Assembly (NCBI RefSeq): GCF_900187275.1
Contig: NZ_LT906458.1
Span: forward strand, 1,170,001 to 1,202,000
From: Pasteurella multocida
GTDB lineage: Bacteria; Pseudomonadota; Gammaproteobacteria; Enterobacterales; Pasteurellaceae
Direction: 5' to 3'
DNA: 32,000 nt
Shown here: positions 1 through 12,102 of the stretch, piece by piece
Position numbering within the stretch: the stretch's first letter is position 1
Layout of the letters: each line of letters starts with the position of its first letter
Notes under the pieces: model-generated
Told to the model about the DNA's origin: nothing
The model's database searches: none
What the model saw: only the letters and a program-made list of their open reading frames with translations
Program-made: the position numbers and the translations under genes

Positions 1-1
1 A

Positions 2-904
2 CATGCTTTGTTATTTAAAGAAAAGCCAGACTATTCGTTTATCTTAGCGGAGAATGGCAGCGTACAAGCCATTCAAGCACAATATCGTCGCATTGCGAAT
101 CAAATGGTAGAGGAATGTATGATCCTCGCCAACATTTGTGCTGCACACTATCTCGATGAACATGCTAAGTGTGGTATTTTTAATACGCATTCTGGTTTTG
201 ATAAAAAATACCTAGAGAGTGCACATCAATTTTTATTAAATCAGTTAAGTGATGAAACAAACCAAGCCGTCTTAGCAACACGTTATTCTGTAGCGAATTT
301 AACAACATTAGCGGGCTATTGCCAAATGCGCCATGATATTGAGTTATTAAATAGTGACTATCTCGAATTGCGTTTACGTCGTTTCTTAACATTTGCTGAA
401 TTTAAATCTGAAATCGCACCGCACTTTGGTTTAGGCTTATCGGGTTATGCGACCTGGACATCCCCGATTCGTAAATATTCCGATATAGTCAATCATCGCT
501 TAATTAAAGCTGTGTTAACCCAACAAACTTGTGAGAAACCGCAAGATGACCTGTTCGTACGTTTGCAAGAAGCGCGTCGTCAAAACCGTTTAGTAGAGCG
601 TGATATTGCAGATTGGCTTTATTGTCGTTATCTGGCAACACAAGTGGAACAAAAACCAACATTCCAAGCGGAAATTCAAGATGTGATGCGAGGGGGATTA
701 CGTGTGCAACTGCTTGCTAATGGTGCACCGATGTTTATCCCTGCCTCCTTAATTCACGACAATAAGGAAGCGATTCAAGTCAATACGGATACGCTTACTC
801 TGTCTATTCAAGGTGAAGTGAAATATAAATTAGGAGATATCATTCAGGTGCAACTCTTGGACGTGAAAGAAGAAACGCGTAGTATTGTCGGCACTCTTTG
901 TTAA
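2..904 (+). CDS. rnb: Exoribonuclease II, C-terminal part (5' end lies outside the window)
   Basis: The open frame runs in from the window edge. The protein contains RNB-domain-like sequence (SKYLESAHQFLLNQ..., SPIRKYSDIVNHRLIKA, EAVN-type region) followed by an S1-like C-terminus. Confidence 0.9.
   Translation, partial: HALLFKEKPDYSFILAENGSVQAIQAQYRRIANQMVEECMILANICAAHYLDEHAKCGIFNTHSGFDKKYLESAHQFLLNQLSDETNQAVLATRYSVANLTTLAGYCQMRHDIELLNSDYLELRLRRFLTFAEFKSEIAPHFGLGLSGYATWTSPIRKYSDIVNHRLIKAVLTQQTCEKPQDDLFVRLQEARRQNRLVERDIADWLYCRYLATQVEQKPTFQAEIQDVMRGGLRVQLLANGAPMFIPASLIHDNKEAIQVNTDTLTLSIQGEVKYKLGDIIQVQLLDVKEETRSIVGTLC
418..426 (-). repeat. DNA uptake signal sequence core (ACCGCACTT) within rnb
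   Basis: Exact 9-mer match to the Haemophilus-type USS core, reverse complement. Confidence 0.8.
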
Positions 905-910
905 ATGTAA

Positions 911-935
911 AAAGGGAAATCACTGATTTCCCTTT
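911..935. terminator. Hairpin between convergent rnb and murA, possibly bidirectional
   Basis: AAAGGGAAATCA-C-TGATTTCCCTTT is a near-perfect palindrome followed on the + strand by a T-rich tract (CTTTTTCTT). Confidence 0.75.
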
Positions 936-957
936 CTTTTTCTTATTAAGCCATGGC

Positions 958-2250
<1,293 letters not shown>

Positions 2251-2255
2251 TTATT

Positions 2256-2513
2256 TCAAGACGGCTGATTGAGTAAGCGTTCACGCTTCCATTTTTCAAC
2301 TGTATAGGTTTTAATTGTTAATGCATGAATTGCATTACTTGAAATATGTGCCATTAATGGGGCATAAATTAATTGTTGTTGCTTTACTCTCGATAAACCC
2401 GCAAATTCATCGCTCACAGCAATTACACCATAGTGTGCATTTTCGCCTTGTACATACACTTCATCTAGCTTTAAGGCGTCTTTTAAAATTCGTTCTATTT
2501 CTTGCGTTTCCAT
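2256..2513 (-). CDS. ibaG: BolA-family protein IbaG (YrbA)
   Basis: 85-aa BolA-like protein sitting between mlaB and murA, the conserved gene order. Confidence 0.88.
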   Translation of the reverse strand: METQEIERILKDALKLDEVYVQGENAHYGVIAVSDEFAGLSRVKQQQLIYAPLMAHISSNAIHALTIKTYTVEKWKRERLLNQPS

Positions 2514-2872
2514 TTATCATTTCCGTCGGATTGAACAAATGTTGCTATCCAGTCAGATAGCCCAAATAAATCCGCCAATGTCAATAATTGGCGCGGTGCA
2601 TTATGTAAAATAATACTTGTCTCTTGCTTCATCACTTTCTGGCAATGCCTAATAAAATCACACAATAAAGCAAATCCTGCCGAATCGACTCTCGCGACAT
2701 CTGTCAAATCCCAGTATAAGGTTTGTACCTGGCTCTTTTCTTCAGGCAAAAAAGAAGCACGCTGCGACCATAGCGGTAGCAACGTGTCACGAGATAACTC
2801 TCCGGCTAATCGGAGCGTTATCTTATCATTATTTTGTTCGCTTGCCCAAGTTAAACTTTTATCCATTTTCAT
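2495..2872 (-). CDS. mlaB: STAS-domain protein MlaB of the phospholipid ABC transport system
   Basis: Small STAS-like protein (LYWDLTDVARVDSAGFALLCDFIRH) downstream of mlaC. It overlaps ibaG by 19 nt. Confidence 0.85.
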   Translation of the reverse strand: MKMDKSLTWASEQNNDKITLRLAGELSRDTLLPLWSQRASFLPEEKSQVQTLYWDLTDVARVDSAGFALLCDFIRHCQKVMKQETSIILHNAPRQLLTLADLFGLSDWIATFVQSDGNDKWKRKK

Positions 2873-2876
2873 GCGA

Positions 2877-3515
2877 TTACTTATTTAAGCTGACTGGTGT
2901 TTTAGCCGCTTTTTCCACTTGTTCTGTCAGTGCATCAAGACCACTTTTTACAATCGTTGGCGACCATTCTTTTTCTTTGGTTTCTACCATACTCACGCCT
3001 TCTGCACTCATATCAAAGACTTGCCATTTGCCTGTTTTACTGTTTTTGTACCAGTAGAACGTTAAATTTACTGGCGGCTGATTACCTGTTTGAATCACTT
3101 TCACACGAATACTGGCGGTTTTCTCTGTTGCATCCGTTTTCGGTTTTTCAATTTCTAATTTTTGATCAGAATACAGGGTAAGGACTTGAGCATAAGTTTG
3201 CTCGATATATTGCTCAAACGCCGTAAAGAATTTTTCTCTTTGTTCTGGTGTAGTGGTTTTAAAATTTTTCCCTAACACTTTTGAACCGGCATATTTCACA
3301 TGTACATAAGGCATCAGTTCTGCACGTACAATCGTTTTTAAATAATTCGGATCTTGCTTAATTTTCGCTTGATTGCTAGTGATATTTTTAAATAATTTAT
3401 CCGACACTTCGACCGTTAAATCATAGGGGGTATCCGCAGCAAAGGCATGCATAGAAACAAGTGCGGTCGCTATCACGACCATTTTTGCTAGCATTTTTTT
3501 CAACATGGTTAACAT
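2877..3515 (-). CDS. mlaC: Phospholipid-binding periplasmic protein MlaC (Tol-Tol/Ttg2D family)
   Basis: Signal peptide (MLKKMLAKMVVIATALVSMHAFAA) plus an MlaC-like domain in mla operon context. Confidence 0.92.
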   Translation of the reverse strand: MLTMLKKMLAKMVVIATALVSMHAFAADTPYDLTVEVSDKLFKNITSNQAKIKQDPNYLKTIVRAELMPYVHVKYAGSKVLGKNFKTTTPEQREKFFTAFEQYIEQTYAQVLTLYSDQKLEIEKPKTDATEKTASIRVKVIQTGNQPPVNLTFYWYKNSKTGKWQVFDMSAEGVSMVETKEKEWSPTIVKSGLDALTEQVEKAAKTPVSLNK

Positions 3516-3559
3516 AACATTCTCCTACTCAATTACATTCCTAAATTTCTTATCATACG

Positions 3560-4066
3560 CTACTGCGCTTTTGGTTCACCCTCTTCTTGGCGATCGTTTT
3601 TATTACGATCACCATATAAGAATTGACCGACTAAATCCTCAAGCACTAAGGCTGATTTTGTGTCAACAACCTTGTCACCCTCTTTCCACATCGCGACTTC
3701 ACCATCGTCAAAACCGATACTTAAGGCAATATATTGTTCACCTAATAAACCTGAGGTTTTAATTGATAATGAACTTGTTTCTGGAATTTCATTATAACGT
3801 TCATCAATCGCGACCGTCACAATGGGTAAATAACTTTTTGCATCCAGAGTAATATCTGCCACGCGTCCAATGACAACACCACCGACTTTTAAAGGTGCAC
3901 GGACTTTTAGTCCACCAATATTGTCAAAAGTTGCATGAATTTTATAAGATTTTGTTTCGCTAAAGCCCTGTATATTTGCCACCTTCAAACCTAAAAAGAC
4001 TAAAGCTGCCATGCCCAATAATAAAAACAAACCTACCCAAAATTCATAAATTCTTGTTTGTCGCAT
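3560..4066 (-). CDS. mlaD: MCE-domain protein MlaD
   Basis: N-terminal TM followed by an MCE domain (FDNIGGLKVRAPLKVGGVVIGRVADITLD). Confidence 0.95.
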   Translation of the reverse strand: MRQTRIYEFWVGLFLLLGMAALVFLGLKVANIQGFSETKSYKIHATFDNIGGLKVRAPLKVGGVVIGRVADITLDAKSYLPIVTVAIDERYNEIPETSSLSIKTSGLLGEQYIALSIGFDDGEVAMWKEGDKVVDTKSALVLEDLVGQFLYGDRNKNDRQEEGEPKAQ

Positions 4067-4103
4067 AAAATTTCCTTTACATCCAACGCATTCAAGCGCT
4101 CAC

Positions 4104-4889
4104 CTATACACTCGCACCAAACATCAGTGCCGTTAATACAAAATCTAATCCCAACACAACCAATGAGGCATGGACCACCGTTCTTGTGGTCGCTTTACTA
4201 ATCCCTTCCGAAGTCGGAATACAGTCATAACCGTTAAATAACGCAATCCATACTACAGCGATAGCGAAACACAGGCTCTTGATAAAGCCATTAAGCAAAT
4301 CTTTTTCCCATGTCACCGCATTTTGCATCACCGACCAAAAACTCCCCGCGTCAACACCTTTCCAGTCAACCCCGACTAATGAACCACCCCAAATGCCAAT
4401 AGCGGTAAAAATAATCGCTAAAATCGGCATCGCGATCACGCCCGCCCAAAAGCGCGGAGCAATAACACGACGGAGGGGATCCACCGCCATCATCTCTAAA
4501 CTGGATAATTGTTCTGTCGCTTTCATTAAGCCAATTTCTGCCGTCAGTGCAGAACCGGCACGCCCCGCAAAAAGAAGAGCCGTGACTACTGGTCCTAATT
4601 CACGTAGTAAGGATAACGCGACGAGTTGACCTAAACTGGTTTCCGCGGAAAAATCCACTAACACAACATATCCTTGTAATCCCAATACCATGCCAATGAA
4701 AAGCCCTGACAACATGATAATCAATAATGATTGCACGCCGAGCACATGCAGTTGCTTAATTAATAACGGAGTATGCTTGCGCCATTGCGGTTTACCAATT
4801 AAAGCCCCAAATAACATAAAGCCCGCACGCCCAATGGCACGACATGAACTGATCGCGTGATGACCTAACTCTGAAATAAACTGGATCAT
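4104..4889 (-). CDS. mlaE: Phospholipid ABC transporter permease MlaE
   Basis: 261-aa MlaE/YrbE permease ([35 protein letters not shown]). Confidence 0.95.
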   Translation of the reverse strand: MIQFISELGHHAISSCRAIGRAGFMLFGALIGKPQWRKHTPLLIKQLHVLGVQSLLIIMLSGLFIGMVLGLQGYVVLVDFSAETSLGQLVALSLLRELGPVVTALLFAGRAGSALTAEIGLMKATEQLSSLEMMAVDPLRRVIAPRFWAGVIAMPILAIIFTAIGIWGGSLVGVDWKGVDAGSFWSVMQNAVTWEKDLLNGFIKSLCFAIAVVWIALFNGYDCIPTSEGISKATTRTVVHASLVVLGLDFVLTALMFGASV

Positions 4890-5680
4890 TTAAAAAGCGC
4901 CTCCACATAATCTTCCGCGGGGAAATGAAAACGTACCGGCCCATCGGCTTCGCCGTCTAAGAATTGACGTACTTGCGGATCTTGACTTTGTAACAATTGA
5001 GAGGATATCCCTTCTGCAATCACGCGTTTATCCGCAATAATATAAGCATAATCAGCAATACTTAATACTTCCTGAACATCATGGGAAACCACAATAGAGG
5101 TCAAATTGAGTGCTTCATTCAAGCGTTTAATTAAACTTAAAATCACCCCCATGCTAATTGGATCTTGCCCAGCAAACGGTTCATCAAACATGATTAACTC
5201 AGGATCCAGTGCAATAGCACGTGCTAACGCCGCACGTCTTGCCATCCCACCAGATAATTCAGAAGGCATTAACTCAGCCGCGCCGCGCAAGCCGACAGAT
5301 TCAAGTTTCATAAGTACGATTTTACGGATAAGGCTTTCAGGTAAACGGGTATGTTCACGAATGGGGAATGCGACATTATCAAATGTGGAGATATCAGTAA
5401 AAAGGGCGCCTGATTGAAAGAGCATGCCCATTTTCTGACGCACTTGATAAAGTTCAGCATTCGATAATTGACAAATATCTTTTCCATCAAACCAAATTTC
5501 ACCTTTTTCAGGTTGTAGCTGTCCCCCAATTAGCTTTAACAAGGTTGTTTTGCCAATCCCGGAGGGGCCCATAATGGCCGTAATTTTCCCTTTTTCAACC
5601 CGCAAATTCAGGTTGTCATAAATCGTTCGCTCGCCTCGTTTAAAAGTGAGATGCTTCACTTCAATTAAGGGATTATTCAT
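4886..5680 (-). CDS. mlaF: Phospholipid ABC transporter ATP-binding protein MlaF
   Basis: Walker [46 protein letters not shown]. It overlaps the mlaE start by 4 nt. Confidence 0.95.
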   Translation of the reverse strand: MNNPLIEVKHLTFKRGERTIYDNLNLRVEKGKITAIMGPSGIGKTTLLKLIGGQLQPEKGEIWFDGKDICQLSNAELYQVRQKMGMLFQSGALFTDISTFDNVAFPIREHTRLPESLIRKIVLMKLESVGLRGAAELMPSELSGGMARRAALARAIALDPELIMFDEPFAGQDPISMGVILSLIKRLNEALNLTSIVVSHDVQEVLSIADYAYIIADKRVIAEGISSQLLQSQDPQVRQFLDGEADGPVRFHFPAEDYVEALFK

Positions 5681-5830
5681 AAGATATTTTCCTAAAAGTA
5701 GGCTCTCAAAAACAAAGTGGGATATTCTATCAATTCTATCTGAATGTCAAATGTTGCCGAGAGAAAAGTTATCTATCTGTGACTCTAACATAAAAGCAAT
5801 CTCCCTTAAGGAAAAATTTTCTGAAATCCT

Positions 5831-5839
5831 ACCGCACTT
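5831..5839 (-). repeat. Uptake signal sequence core upstream of the lptC promoter
   Basis: Exact ACCGCACTT followed by TTTATT. Confidence 0.85.
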
Positions 5840-5860
5840 TTATTGGTTTTATTAAAATTA

Positions 5861-5869
5861 TGCTATGAT
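5861..5869 (+). promoter_or_regulatory. Putative extended -10 element (TGCTATGAT) upstream of lptC
   Basis: TGN-TATGAT, 42 nt before the lptC start, with weak -35-like TTATTG/TTGGTT upstream. Confidence 0.4.
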
Positions 5870-5910
5870 TGCCATTTAATAACTCACTTTAATGACTTGA
5901 AATAGGTTTT

Positions 5911-6489
5911 ATGAATATTCGTTGGAATATAATTTTAGCAGGGCTTGCATTGGCTTTACTGGCTTGGTTTTATTCACTTAATCAAGGTGAACCGAGTCTA
6001 AATACCTTAATCAAAAAGCCTGATAGTCCCGAATATGTCGGACAAAAAATGAAAACCACGGTATTCTCACCAACAGGGAAAAAGCACTATGTTGCGATGT
6101 CGGATTCCGTTGAACATTTTGCCCTTTCAGGTCAAACGCACTTTCAAAAGCCAGAAGTGTATTTATTTGAATTAGAAACAGAAAATCAACTTTCCAATAA
6201 AGAAAATTGGAAAGCCAGTGCGAACAAAGCCATATTAACGAAAGAAAATATGCTGTATTTAGAAGGGAATGTTGTTGTGGAAAGCCTGTTAAGCCCTTCT
6301 CGTTTACAGCGCGTTGAAACAGAAAGTGCGGTCATCAATTTATCTACGCAAGATATTAGCTCGGAACACGCCGTGAAAATTTATGGTCAACATTTTCATT
6401 CTACGGGTTTAAAACTCACCGGTAACTTACAACAACAAATCGCGACTTTAAAAGAGCAGGTAAATACATACTATGAAATCAATAAATAA
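5911..6489 (+). CDS. lptC: LPS export system protein LptC
   Basis: 192-aa single-TM periplasmic protein immediately upstream of lptA-lptB, matching the LptC family by size and context. Confidence 0.88.
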   Translation: MNIRWNIILAGLALALLAWFYSLNQGEPSLNTLIKKPDSPEYVGQKMKTTVFSPTGKKHYVAMSDSVEHFALSGQTHFQKPEVYLFELETENQLSNKENWKASANKAILTKENMLYLEGNVVVESLLSPSRLQRVETESAVINLSTQDISSEHAVKIYGQHFHSTGLKLTGNLQQQIATLKEQVNTYYEINK

Positions 6490-6985
6490 CATTGTCATTT
6501 TCACGACATTATTCGCCACCGCATTACCTGCTTTCGCTTTGAAAAGCGATACAAAGCAACCGATTAATGTGGTTTCCGATAACCAATCTTTAGACATGGA
6601 CAACAGCGTGGTAACCTTCACGGATAATGTGGTTATTACACAAGGCTCTATCCTCATTAAAGCCAGTAAAGTGATCATCACTCGCCCCCCTGAAAATTCT
6701 GGTAAAAAAGACACCATCGAAGCCTTTGGTAAGCCGGTGACGTTTTACCAAAAACTTGATGATGGGAAACCTGTAGAAGGGCATGCCAATCAGGTCCATT
6801 ATGATCTCACTCAGGAATTTTTAACCTTAACCGGTAATGCAGAACTCAAGCAATTAGACAGTAAAATCAACAGTGACGTGATTACTTATGATGTCAATAA
6901 ACAACAATTAAACGCTAACAGCACGCAGGGTTCTCGAGTCAGAACGGTTTTAATTCCTACTCAATTAAACGAGAAAAAGAAATAA
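6473..6985 (+). CDS. lptA: LPS transport periplasmic protein LptA
   Basis: Signal peptide and OstA/LptA-like domain ([35 protein letters not shown]). It overlaps lptC. Confidence 0.92.
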   Translation: MKSINNIVIFTTLFATALPAFALKSDTKQPINVVSDNQSLDMDNSVVTFTDNVVITQGSILIKASKVIITRPPENSGKKDTIEAFGKPVTFYQKLDDGKPVEGHANQVHYDLTQEFLTLTGNAELKQLDSKINSDVITYDVNKQQLNANSTQGSRVRTVLIPTQLNEKKK

Positions 6986-6993
6986 GGTTTTCT

Positions 6994-7719
6994 ATGTCAA
7001 TTCTTTATGCTGAACATTTAGCAAAAAGCTACAAAAGTCGCCAAGTCGTTTCTGATGTGAGTCTCACCGTTAACTCCAATGAAATCGTGGGCTTACTCGG
7101 TCCGAACGGCGCGGGAAAAACAACGACATTCTATATGGTGGTCGGTTTAGTCCAGCACGATCAAGGTAAAATTCGCATTGATGATGAAGATATTAGTCTA
7201 TTACCTATGCATAATCGGGCACAACGTGGTATCGGTTATTTACCTCAAGAAGCCTCCATTTTTCGTCGTTTAAGTGTCTATGATAATTTAATGGCGGTGT
7301 TAGAAATACGTAAAGATTTGACGCCAGAACAACGTCGAGAAAGAGCGGATGAACTGATTAATGAATTTAACATTGATCATATTCGCCATAACTTAGGTCA
7401 ATCCCTCTCCGGCGGAGAACGTCGCCGTGTTGAGATTGCACGTGCTCTAGCCGCCAATCCCAAATTTATCCTACTTGATGAACCTTTTGCTGGTGTTGAT
7501 CCGATTTCCGTGATCGATATTAAAAAGATCATCATGGATTTACGCGATCGTGGCTTAGGCGTTTTAATTACCGATCACAATGTCAGAGAAACCTTAGATG
7601 TTTGTGAACGTGCTTATATCGTGAGCGCGGGAAAAATGATTGCCACTGGCACACCTGAGCAAATTCTAAATAATGAACAAGTGAAACGTGTTTACTTAGG
7701 TGAAGAATTTAAACTCTAG
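6994..7719 (+). CDS. lptB: LPS export ABC transporter ATP-binding protein LptB
   Basis: Walker [19 protein letters not shown]; [36 protein letters not shown]. Confidence 0.97.
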   Translation: MSILYAEHLAKSYKSRQVVSDVSLTVNSNEIVGLLGPNGAGKTTTFYMVVGLVQHDQGKIRIDDEDISLLPMHNRAQRGIGYLPQEASIFRRLSVYDNLMAVLEIRKDLTPEQRRERADELINEFNIDHIRHNLGQSLSGGERRRVEIARALAANPKFILLDEPFAGVDPISVIDIKKIIMDLRDRGLGVLITDHNVRETLDVCERAYIVSAGKMIATGTPEQILNNEQVKRVYLGEEFKL

Positions 7720-7721
7720 TT

Positions 7722-8240
7722 ATGATTAAATTTACAGAATTACTCAAACCTGAAAATATTCGTCAAGGGCTGATTTGCTCAAGTAAAAAACGTTTATTTG
7801 AAATCATCACACAAGTGATCGCAGATCAAATTCAATTAGAAAACGCAGAACAACTTTGTTTTGAGTGTTTATTAAGCCGTGAAAAGATGGGGAACTCAGG
7901 CTTAGGCAACGGGATTGCCATGCCTAAAGCGAGAATCCCAGAAGGCAATCAACCACTGGCGGTGTTTATTCATTTAGATTCACCCGTGGACTACGAGTCT
8001 GCCGATCATCGTGATGTGGATTTAATCTTGGCGATTTTAGTACCCGAACAACTGTGTGAACGCTATATCAGCGCATTACCAGAAATTGCCGAAAAGTTTT
8101 CAGATAAAACCTTGTGTAAACAATTACGTAATGCACAAAATGTGGATGAAATCTGGCAAATTTTTGAAAATGTGGATCAATTGAATACACAGGAAAACGT
8201 AACAAAAGCCTCAGCAGAAACAACAAAAGAAACAGAATAA
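7722..8240 (+). CDS. ptsN: PTS IIA-like nitrogen regulatory protein PtsN
   Basis: PTS EIIA type-2 domain ([22 protein letters not shown]) located between lptB and rapZ. Confidence 0.9.
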   Translation: MIKFTELLKPENIRQGLICSSKKRLFEIITQVIADQIQLENAEQLCFECLLSREKMGNSGLGNGIAMPKARIPEGNQPLAVFIHLDSPVDYESADHRDVDLILAILVPEQLCERYISALPEIAEKFSDKTLCKQLRNAQNVDEIWQIFENVDQLNTQENVTKASAETTKETE

Positions 8241-8269
8241 TCTGTTTCCGCTTAAAGGGGGAAAAGCGT

Positions 8270-9136
8270 ATGGAAATTATCATTATTAGTGGGCACTCTG
8301 GTGCGGGCAAGTCCGTTGCTCTCCGTTGTTTAGAGGACATTGGCTATTATTGTGTTGATAATTTGCCCTTAGACTTACTCCCCCAATTAGCCTCGATTCT
8401 TTCGACGAATCAGCAATCCGTTGCGATTAGTCTAGATATTCGTAATTTACCTCACTCCTCAAAAACGTTAGAAAATCTCCTTACCGAAGTACAACAGCAA
8501 CACCAAATCAAATTGATTTTTTTGGATGCTGACAGAGGCACGCTTATTCGTCGCTACAGTGACTCGCGGCGTTTACATCCGTTGTCCACTCAAGATCTTT
8601 CCTTGGAAGCTGCGATTGATGCAGAAAGAAAATATTTAGACCCGCTCACACAACATGCGGATTTAATTATTGACACCACTCGTCTTTCCACCCATGAATT
8701 AGCCGAGCGATTACGTGATTTTTTATGTGAAAAATCAGATAAAGCCTTAAAAATTATTTTTCAATCTTTCGGCTTTAAATATGGTTTACCCTTAGATGCC
8801 GATTATGTCTTCGATGTACGTTTTTTGCCTAATCCACATTGGATTCCCGAATTACGCCCACTCACTGGCTTAGATGCGCCTGTTGCCGAGTTCTTAAATA
8901 AACAAAATGAAGTCAATCACTTTATTTATTTAACACGCAATTATATTGAAACCTGGTTACCTATGTTAGAACAAAATAACCGTAGCTATCTGACAATTGC
9001 GATTGGCTGTACAGGAGGGAAACACCGTTCTGTCTATATCACCGAACAGTTAGGGGAATATTTCCAAGCTAAGGGGAAAAACGTGCAAATTCAGCATAAA
9101 TCCTTAGCAAAACATAAAAAAGCGAATACACAATAA
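8270..9136 (+). CDS. rapZ: RNase adapter protein RapZ (YvcJ-family nucleotide-binding protein)
   Basis: [38 protein letters not shown]; C-terminal [17 protein letters not shown]. Confidence 0.96.
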   Translation: MEIIIISGHSGAGKSVALRCLEDIGYYCVDNLPLDLLPQLASILSTNQQSVAISLDIRNLPHSSKTLENLLTEVQQQHQIKLIFLDADRGTLIRRYSDSRRLHPLSTQDLSLEAAIDAERKYLDPLTQHADLIIDTTRLSTHELAERLRDFLCEKSDKALKIIFQSFGFKYGLPLDADYVFDVRFLPNPHWIPELRPLTGLDAPVAEFLNKQNEVNHFIYLTRNYIETWLPMLEQNNRSYLTIAIGCTGGKHRSVYITEQLGEYFQAKGKNVQIQHKSLAKHKKANTQ

Positions 9137-9137
9137 G

Positions 9138-10475
9138 CTAACTTCGCGGTCTTAAATCCGTTACTTGGCTAACAATTTCGCCGTCCGTCAAGCGCGTGAT
9201 CACAGGTTCCCCCACACTAACCTGCTTAAGTTGTGTAATTGCCATACCTTGCGCATTTTGTGCAATCGAATAGCCTCTTGCGAAGACTTTGAGTGGGCTT
9301 ATGCTATCTAATTTCGTACATAAAGCGGCGAATTGATGGTGTTTGAAGGTGAGCTCTCGTTTCCAAGCTACATCTAAACGGACTTTAAGTTGTGCCAAAT
9401 CCTGTTTTTGTTTCTGCAACGTAAATGGTAAGGGATTTTTCTCAACCCTTGCCCACAATACACGAAGTTGCGCCTGTTTTTGTTGTAATACTGCATGCAT
9501 TGACCAATCTAAACGATGTGTCAGTTGTTGCATTAACTGTTTCTGAGCCGAAAGTTGTCTTTGTGGATGCTGGTTATGCAAGCGCAAGCGTAAACGCTGT
9601 AATCTATCGTCTTTTTGTTTAAATAAACGATCTAACGCCATCTCTAGACGTTGACGTTGATAAACAAGTTGCTGTAATAAGGCCTGCTGATCTCGGCTAA
9701 CGAGTTCGGCTGCCGCTGACGGCGTAGGGGCACGTAAATCAGCCACAAAATCCGCAATCGTCACATCGGTTTCATGCCCTACCGCACTAATAATCGGGAG
9801 TTGAGAATGGAAAATTGCCCTGGCCACCATTTCTTCATTAAAACACCACAAATCTTCTAATGAGCCACCACCACGCCCCACAATCAAGACATCTACTTCC
9901 TGACGACGATTTGCCAGTTCAATCATTTGTACAATTTCCGCACTCGCCTCTTTACCTTGTACAGCTGTAGGATAAATCACGACCTGTAAGCTCGGATCAC
10001 GACGACGCAAAATCTGCAAAATATCCTGTAATGCGGCCCCGGTTTGTGATGTCACAATACCGACACTTTTACAAAATGGTGGTAAGCTTTTTTTCAAATG
10101 TTGAGCAAATAAACCTTCTGCTGCTAGCTGCATTTTCAATGCTTCAAATTGCTGCTGCAATAAGCCTTCACCTGCTGGGTGCATGCTTTCGATAATCAAC
10201 TGATAATCGCCACGAGGTTCATATAAACTGACACTGGCGCGCACCAGCACTTGCATGCCATTTTGTGGACGGAAACTCACGCGCATATTTTTCATACGAA
10301 ACATCGCGCAACGCACCTGTGCATTTTCATCTTTTAAGGTTAAGTACCAATGCCCCGAAACAGGTTGTGTGAAATTAGAAATTTCACCCGTCAACCAAAC
10401 TTGTCCTAGCTGATTTTCTAGCATAACCCGTACAGTTTGATTTAATTGTGAAACTGAGTAAATGTGTTCAGACAT
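9138..10475 (-). CDS. xseA: Exodeoxyribonuclease VII large subunit
   Basis: [32 protein letters not shown]-fold start and [14 protein letters not shown] motif. The likely start is MSEHIYS at 10475 rather than the ORF-track start at 10529. Confidence 0.95.
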   Translation of the reverse strand: MSEHIYSVSQLNQTVRVMLENQLGQVWLTGEISNFTQPVSGHWYLTLKDENAQVRCAMFRMKNMRVSFRPQNGMQVLVRASVSLYEPRGDYQLIIESMHPAGEGLLQQQFEALKMQLAAEGLFAQHLKKSLPPFCKSVGIVTSQTGAALQDILQILRRRDPSLQVVIYPTAVQGKEASAEIVQMIELANRRQEVDVLIVGRGGGSLEDLWCFNEEMVARAIFHSQLPIISAVGHETDVTIADFVADLRAPTPSAAAELVSRDQQALLQQLVYQRQRLEMALDRLFKQKDDRLQRLRLRLHNQHPQRQLSAQKQLMQQLTHRLDWSMHAVLQQKQAQLRVLWARVEKNPLPFTLQKQKQDLAQLKVRLDVAWKRELTFKHHQFAALCTKLDSISPLKVFARGYSIAQNAQGMAITQLKQVSVGEPVITRLTDGEIVSQVTDLRPRS

Positions 10476-10555
10476 GGTGATAGCCTTTGTAATGATTTGT
10501 GATCGGTTATCTTGCCCAACCGCGAACAAGATCCCCTAAAATGAAAAATACGCGG

Positions 10556-11752
10556 TTATTCCAGCAATACCCAGCCATCATCCAGCCAGTTACATAAGGA
10601 ATCAAGCAATAAATCCAAAGTGCTATCGGGATCGTCAGCTTGCGCACATAACTGAGTTAAAAAAGCAAAATCGAGTTGTTGACCGTCTGCTAGTGCTTTT
10701 AACACCTGTGCTTCAATCTCATTCAGTTCATCAAGCCATTCACCGTTCGCATAAACGCGCAATGGATTTTCAAGATAAAGTAATTTGCAGTTATTATCCT
10801 GCACAATTGTGCCATTTTCTGCTAAAATCGACCGCACTTCATCTAAATCACAATAGCCTTCTGTTTCAAGTAACTCATAACGTCTGCTGCTCACAGTGGT
10901 AGCAACGGCGTGTTGGAATAAACGATCAAATTGTGCAGAATTTGCTAATTTGGCGAAAAACTGCTGTTTCATATTTTCCACCATCACAGGATCCAGCTTA
11001 CCTGTCGCTTGCGTTGCTGGACTTAAACGCAGTGGAATATTCAATTCCGTCAAATCAATCTCTGGCAACGCTTGGCACATGCCTTTATTGATGTTGTCGA
11101 ATAAATCGGCAACATTCGGATAACGCAAACCAAAAGAAAAGGTTAAACAATCATCTTGTGCGACACCATAATGAGATAAGCGAGAAGGGACATACAAAAT
11201 ATCGCCTGGTGCCATCACTTCATCTAAAATGAGCTCACCCATATCATCAAAAATACGAATTGGCTGATTGGTTTTAAATTCGGTGCTTGGATCGCACCAT
11301 TTACCTAATTGCCAACGGCGATGTCCATAGCCTTGCACCAAAAACACATCATATTCATCATAATGTCGACCGACTGAACCGCCTGCTGGTGCATAAGACA
11401 CCATAATGTCATCCCGTTGCCATTGAGGAATAAAACCAAAGGCGTGCCATAATTGCCCTAATTCTGGCGACCATTGTTCTAAATTTTGTACTAATACAGA
11501 CCATTGTGCTGGCAAATTTTTAAAATCTTTTGCTGTTAATGGACTGCGTGCTAATTGCCAATTGTCTTCGGAAAATTGTTTAATTAAACGAGAGGTCACG
11601 TCTTCTTGTTGAGCGAGCTCAATAATATCATCCGGTTCAAACATCCCGACAATTTCAGGTAAGCCATTGCGAATCAATAACGGTTGTTTTTGCCAATAAT
11701 CACGTAAAAAAATCTCGGGGGTAATGTGTTCAGGTAAACAAAATTTCATCAT
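10556..11752 (-). CDS. roxA: Cupin/JmjC-type 50S ribosomal protein L16 3-hydroxylase family (YcfD/RoxA)
   Basis: 398-aa protein with HYDEYDVFLVQGYGHRRWQLG and DILYVPSRLSHYGVAQDDCLTFSFGLR, an HxD...H JmjC iron-binding pattern. Confidence 0.88.
   Translation of the reverse strand: MMKFCLPEHITPEIFLRDYWQKQPLLIRNGLPEIVGMFEPDDIIELAQQEDVTSRLIKQFSEDNWQLARSPLTAKDFKNLPAQWSVLVQNLEQWSPELGQLWHAFGFIPQWQRDDIMVSYAPAGGSVGRHYDEYDVFLVQGYGHRRWQLGKWCDPSTEFKTNQPIRIFDDMGELILDEVMAPGDILYVPSRLSHYGVAQDDCLTFSFGLRYPNVADLFDNINKGMCQALPEIDLTELNIPLRLSPATQATGKLDPVMVENMKQQFFAKLANSAQFDRLFQHAVATTVSSRRYELLETEGYCDLDEVRSILAENGTIVQDNNCKLLYLENPLRVYANGEWLDELNEIEAQVLKALADGQQLDFAFLTQLCAQADDPDSTLDLLLDSLCNWLDDGWVLLE
10831..10839 (-). repeat. 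Uptake signal sequence core within roxA
   Basis: Exact ACCGCACTT. Confidence 0.75.
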
Positions 11753-11802
11753 GCTCTCTTTCTGTTCGGTATGATCTTTGCGGTAAAACCCAAAGGATCG
11801 GT

Positions 11803-12102
11803 TTATTTTTTCTTGGCTTGTGCCGCTTGCTGCTCTGCACGTTTACGGCGAATTTCTTTTGGATCAGCTAACAACGGGCGGTAAATCTCGATACGATCGC
11901 CATCTTTGAGTTGATCGGTTAATTTTGCTGGGCGACTAAAAATACCCACCTTGTTTTCCCGCAAATCAATTTCGGTAAATTGTTGCAAAATGCCCGATTG
12001 CAAAATCGCGGTTTGAATCATCGTCCCTTCTTCTACCGTGAGTTTTTTTAAATAGTAACGTTCAGGATAAGCATACGCGATTTCAATCTTAATTTGCGCC
12101 AT
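11803..12102 (-). CDS. rnfH: RnfH family ubiquitin-like protein
   Basis: IKIEIAYAYPERYYLKKLTVEEGTMIQTAILQSGI ... DRIEIYRPLLADPKEIRRKRAEQ. The start is taken at MAQIK. Confidence 0.88.
   Translation of the reverse strand: MAQIKIEIAYAYPERYYLKKLTVEEGTMIQTAILQSGILQQFTEIDLRENKVGIFSRPAKLTDQLKDGDRIEIYRPLLADPKEIRRKRAEQQAAQAKKK

Noticed and set aside
4279-4629. Plus-strand 116-aa ORF antisense to mlaE
   Set aside because: Compositional shadow of mlaE with no recognisable family.
5106-5529. ORFs of 103 aa (+) and 73 aa (-) inside mlaF
   Set aside because: Both are entirely within mlaF, which has full ABC ATPase motifs in the main frame.
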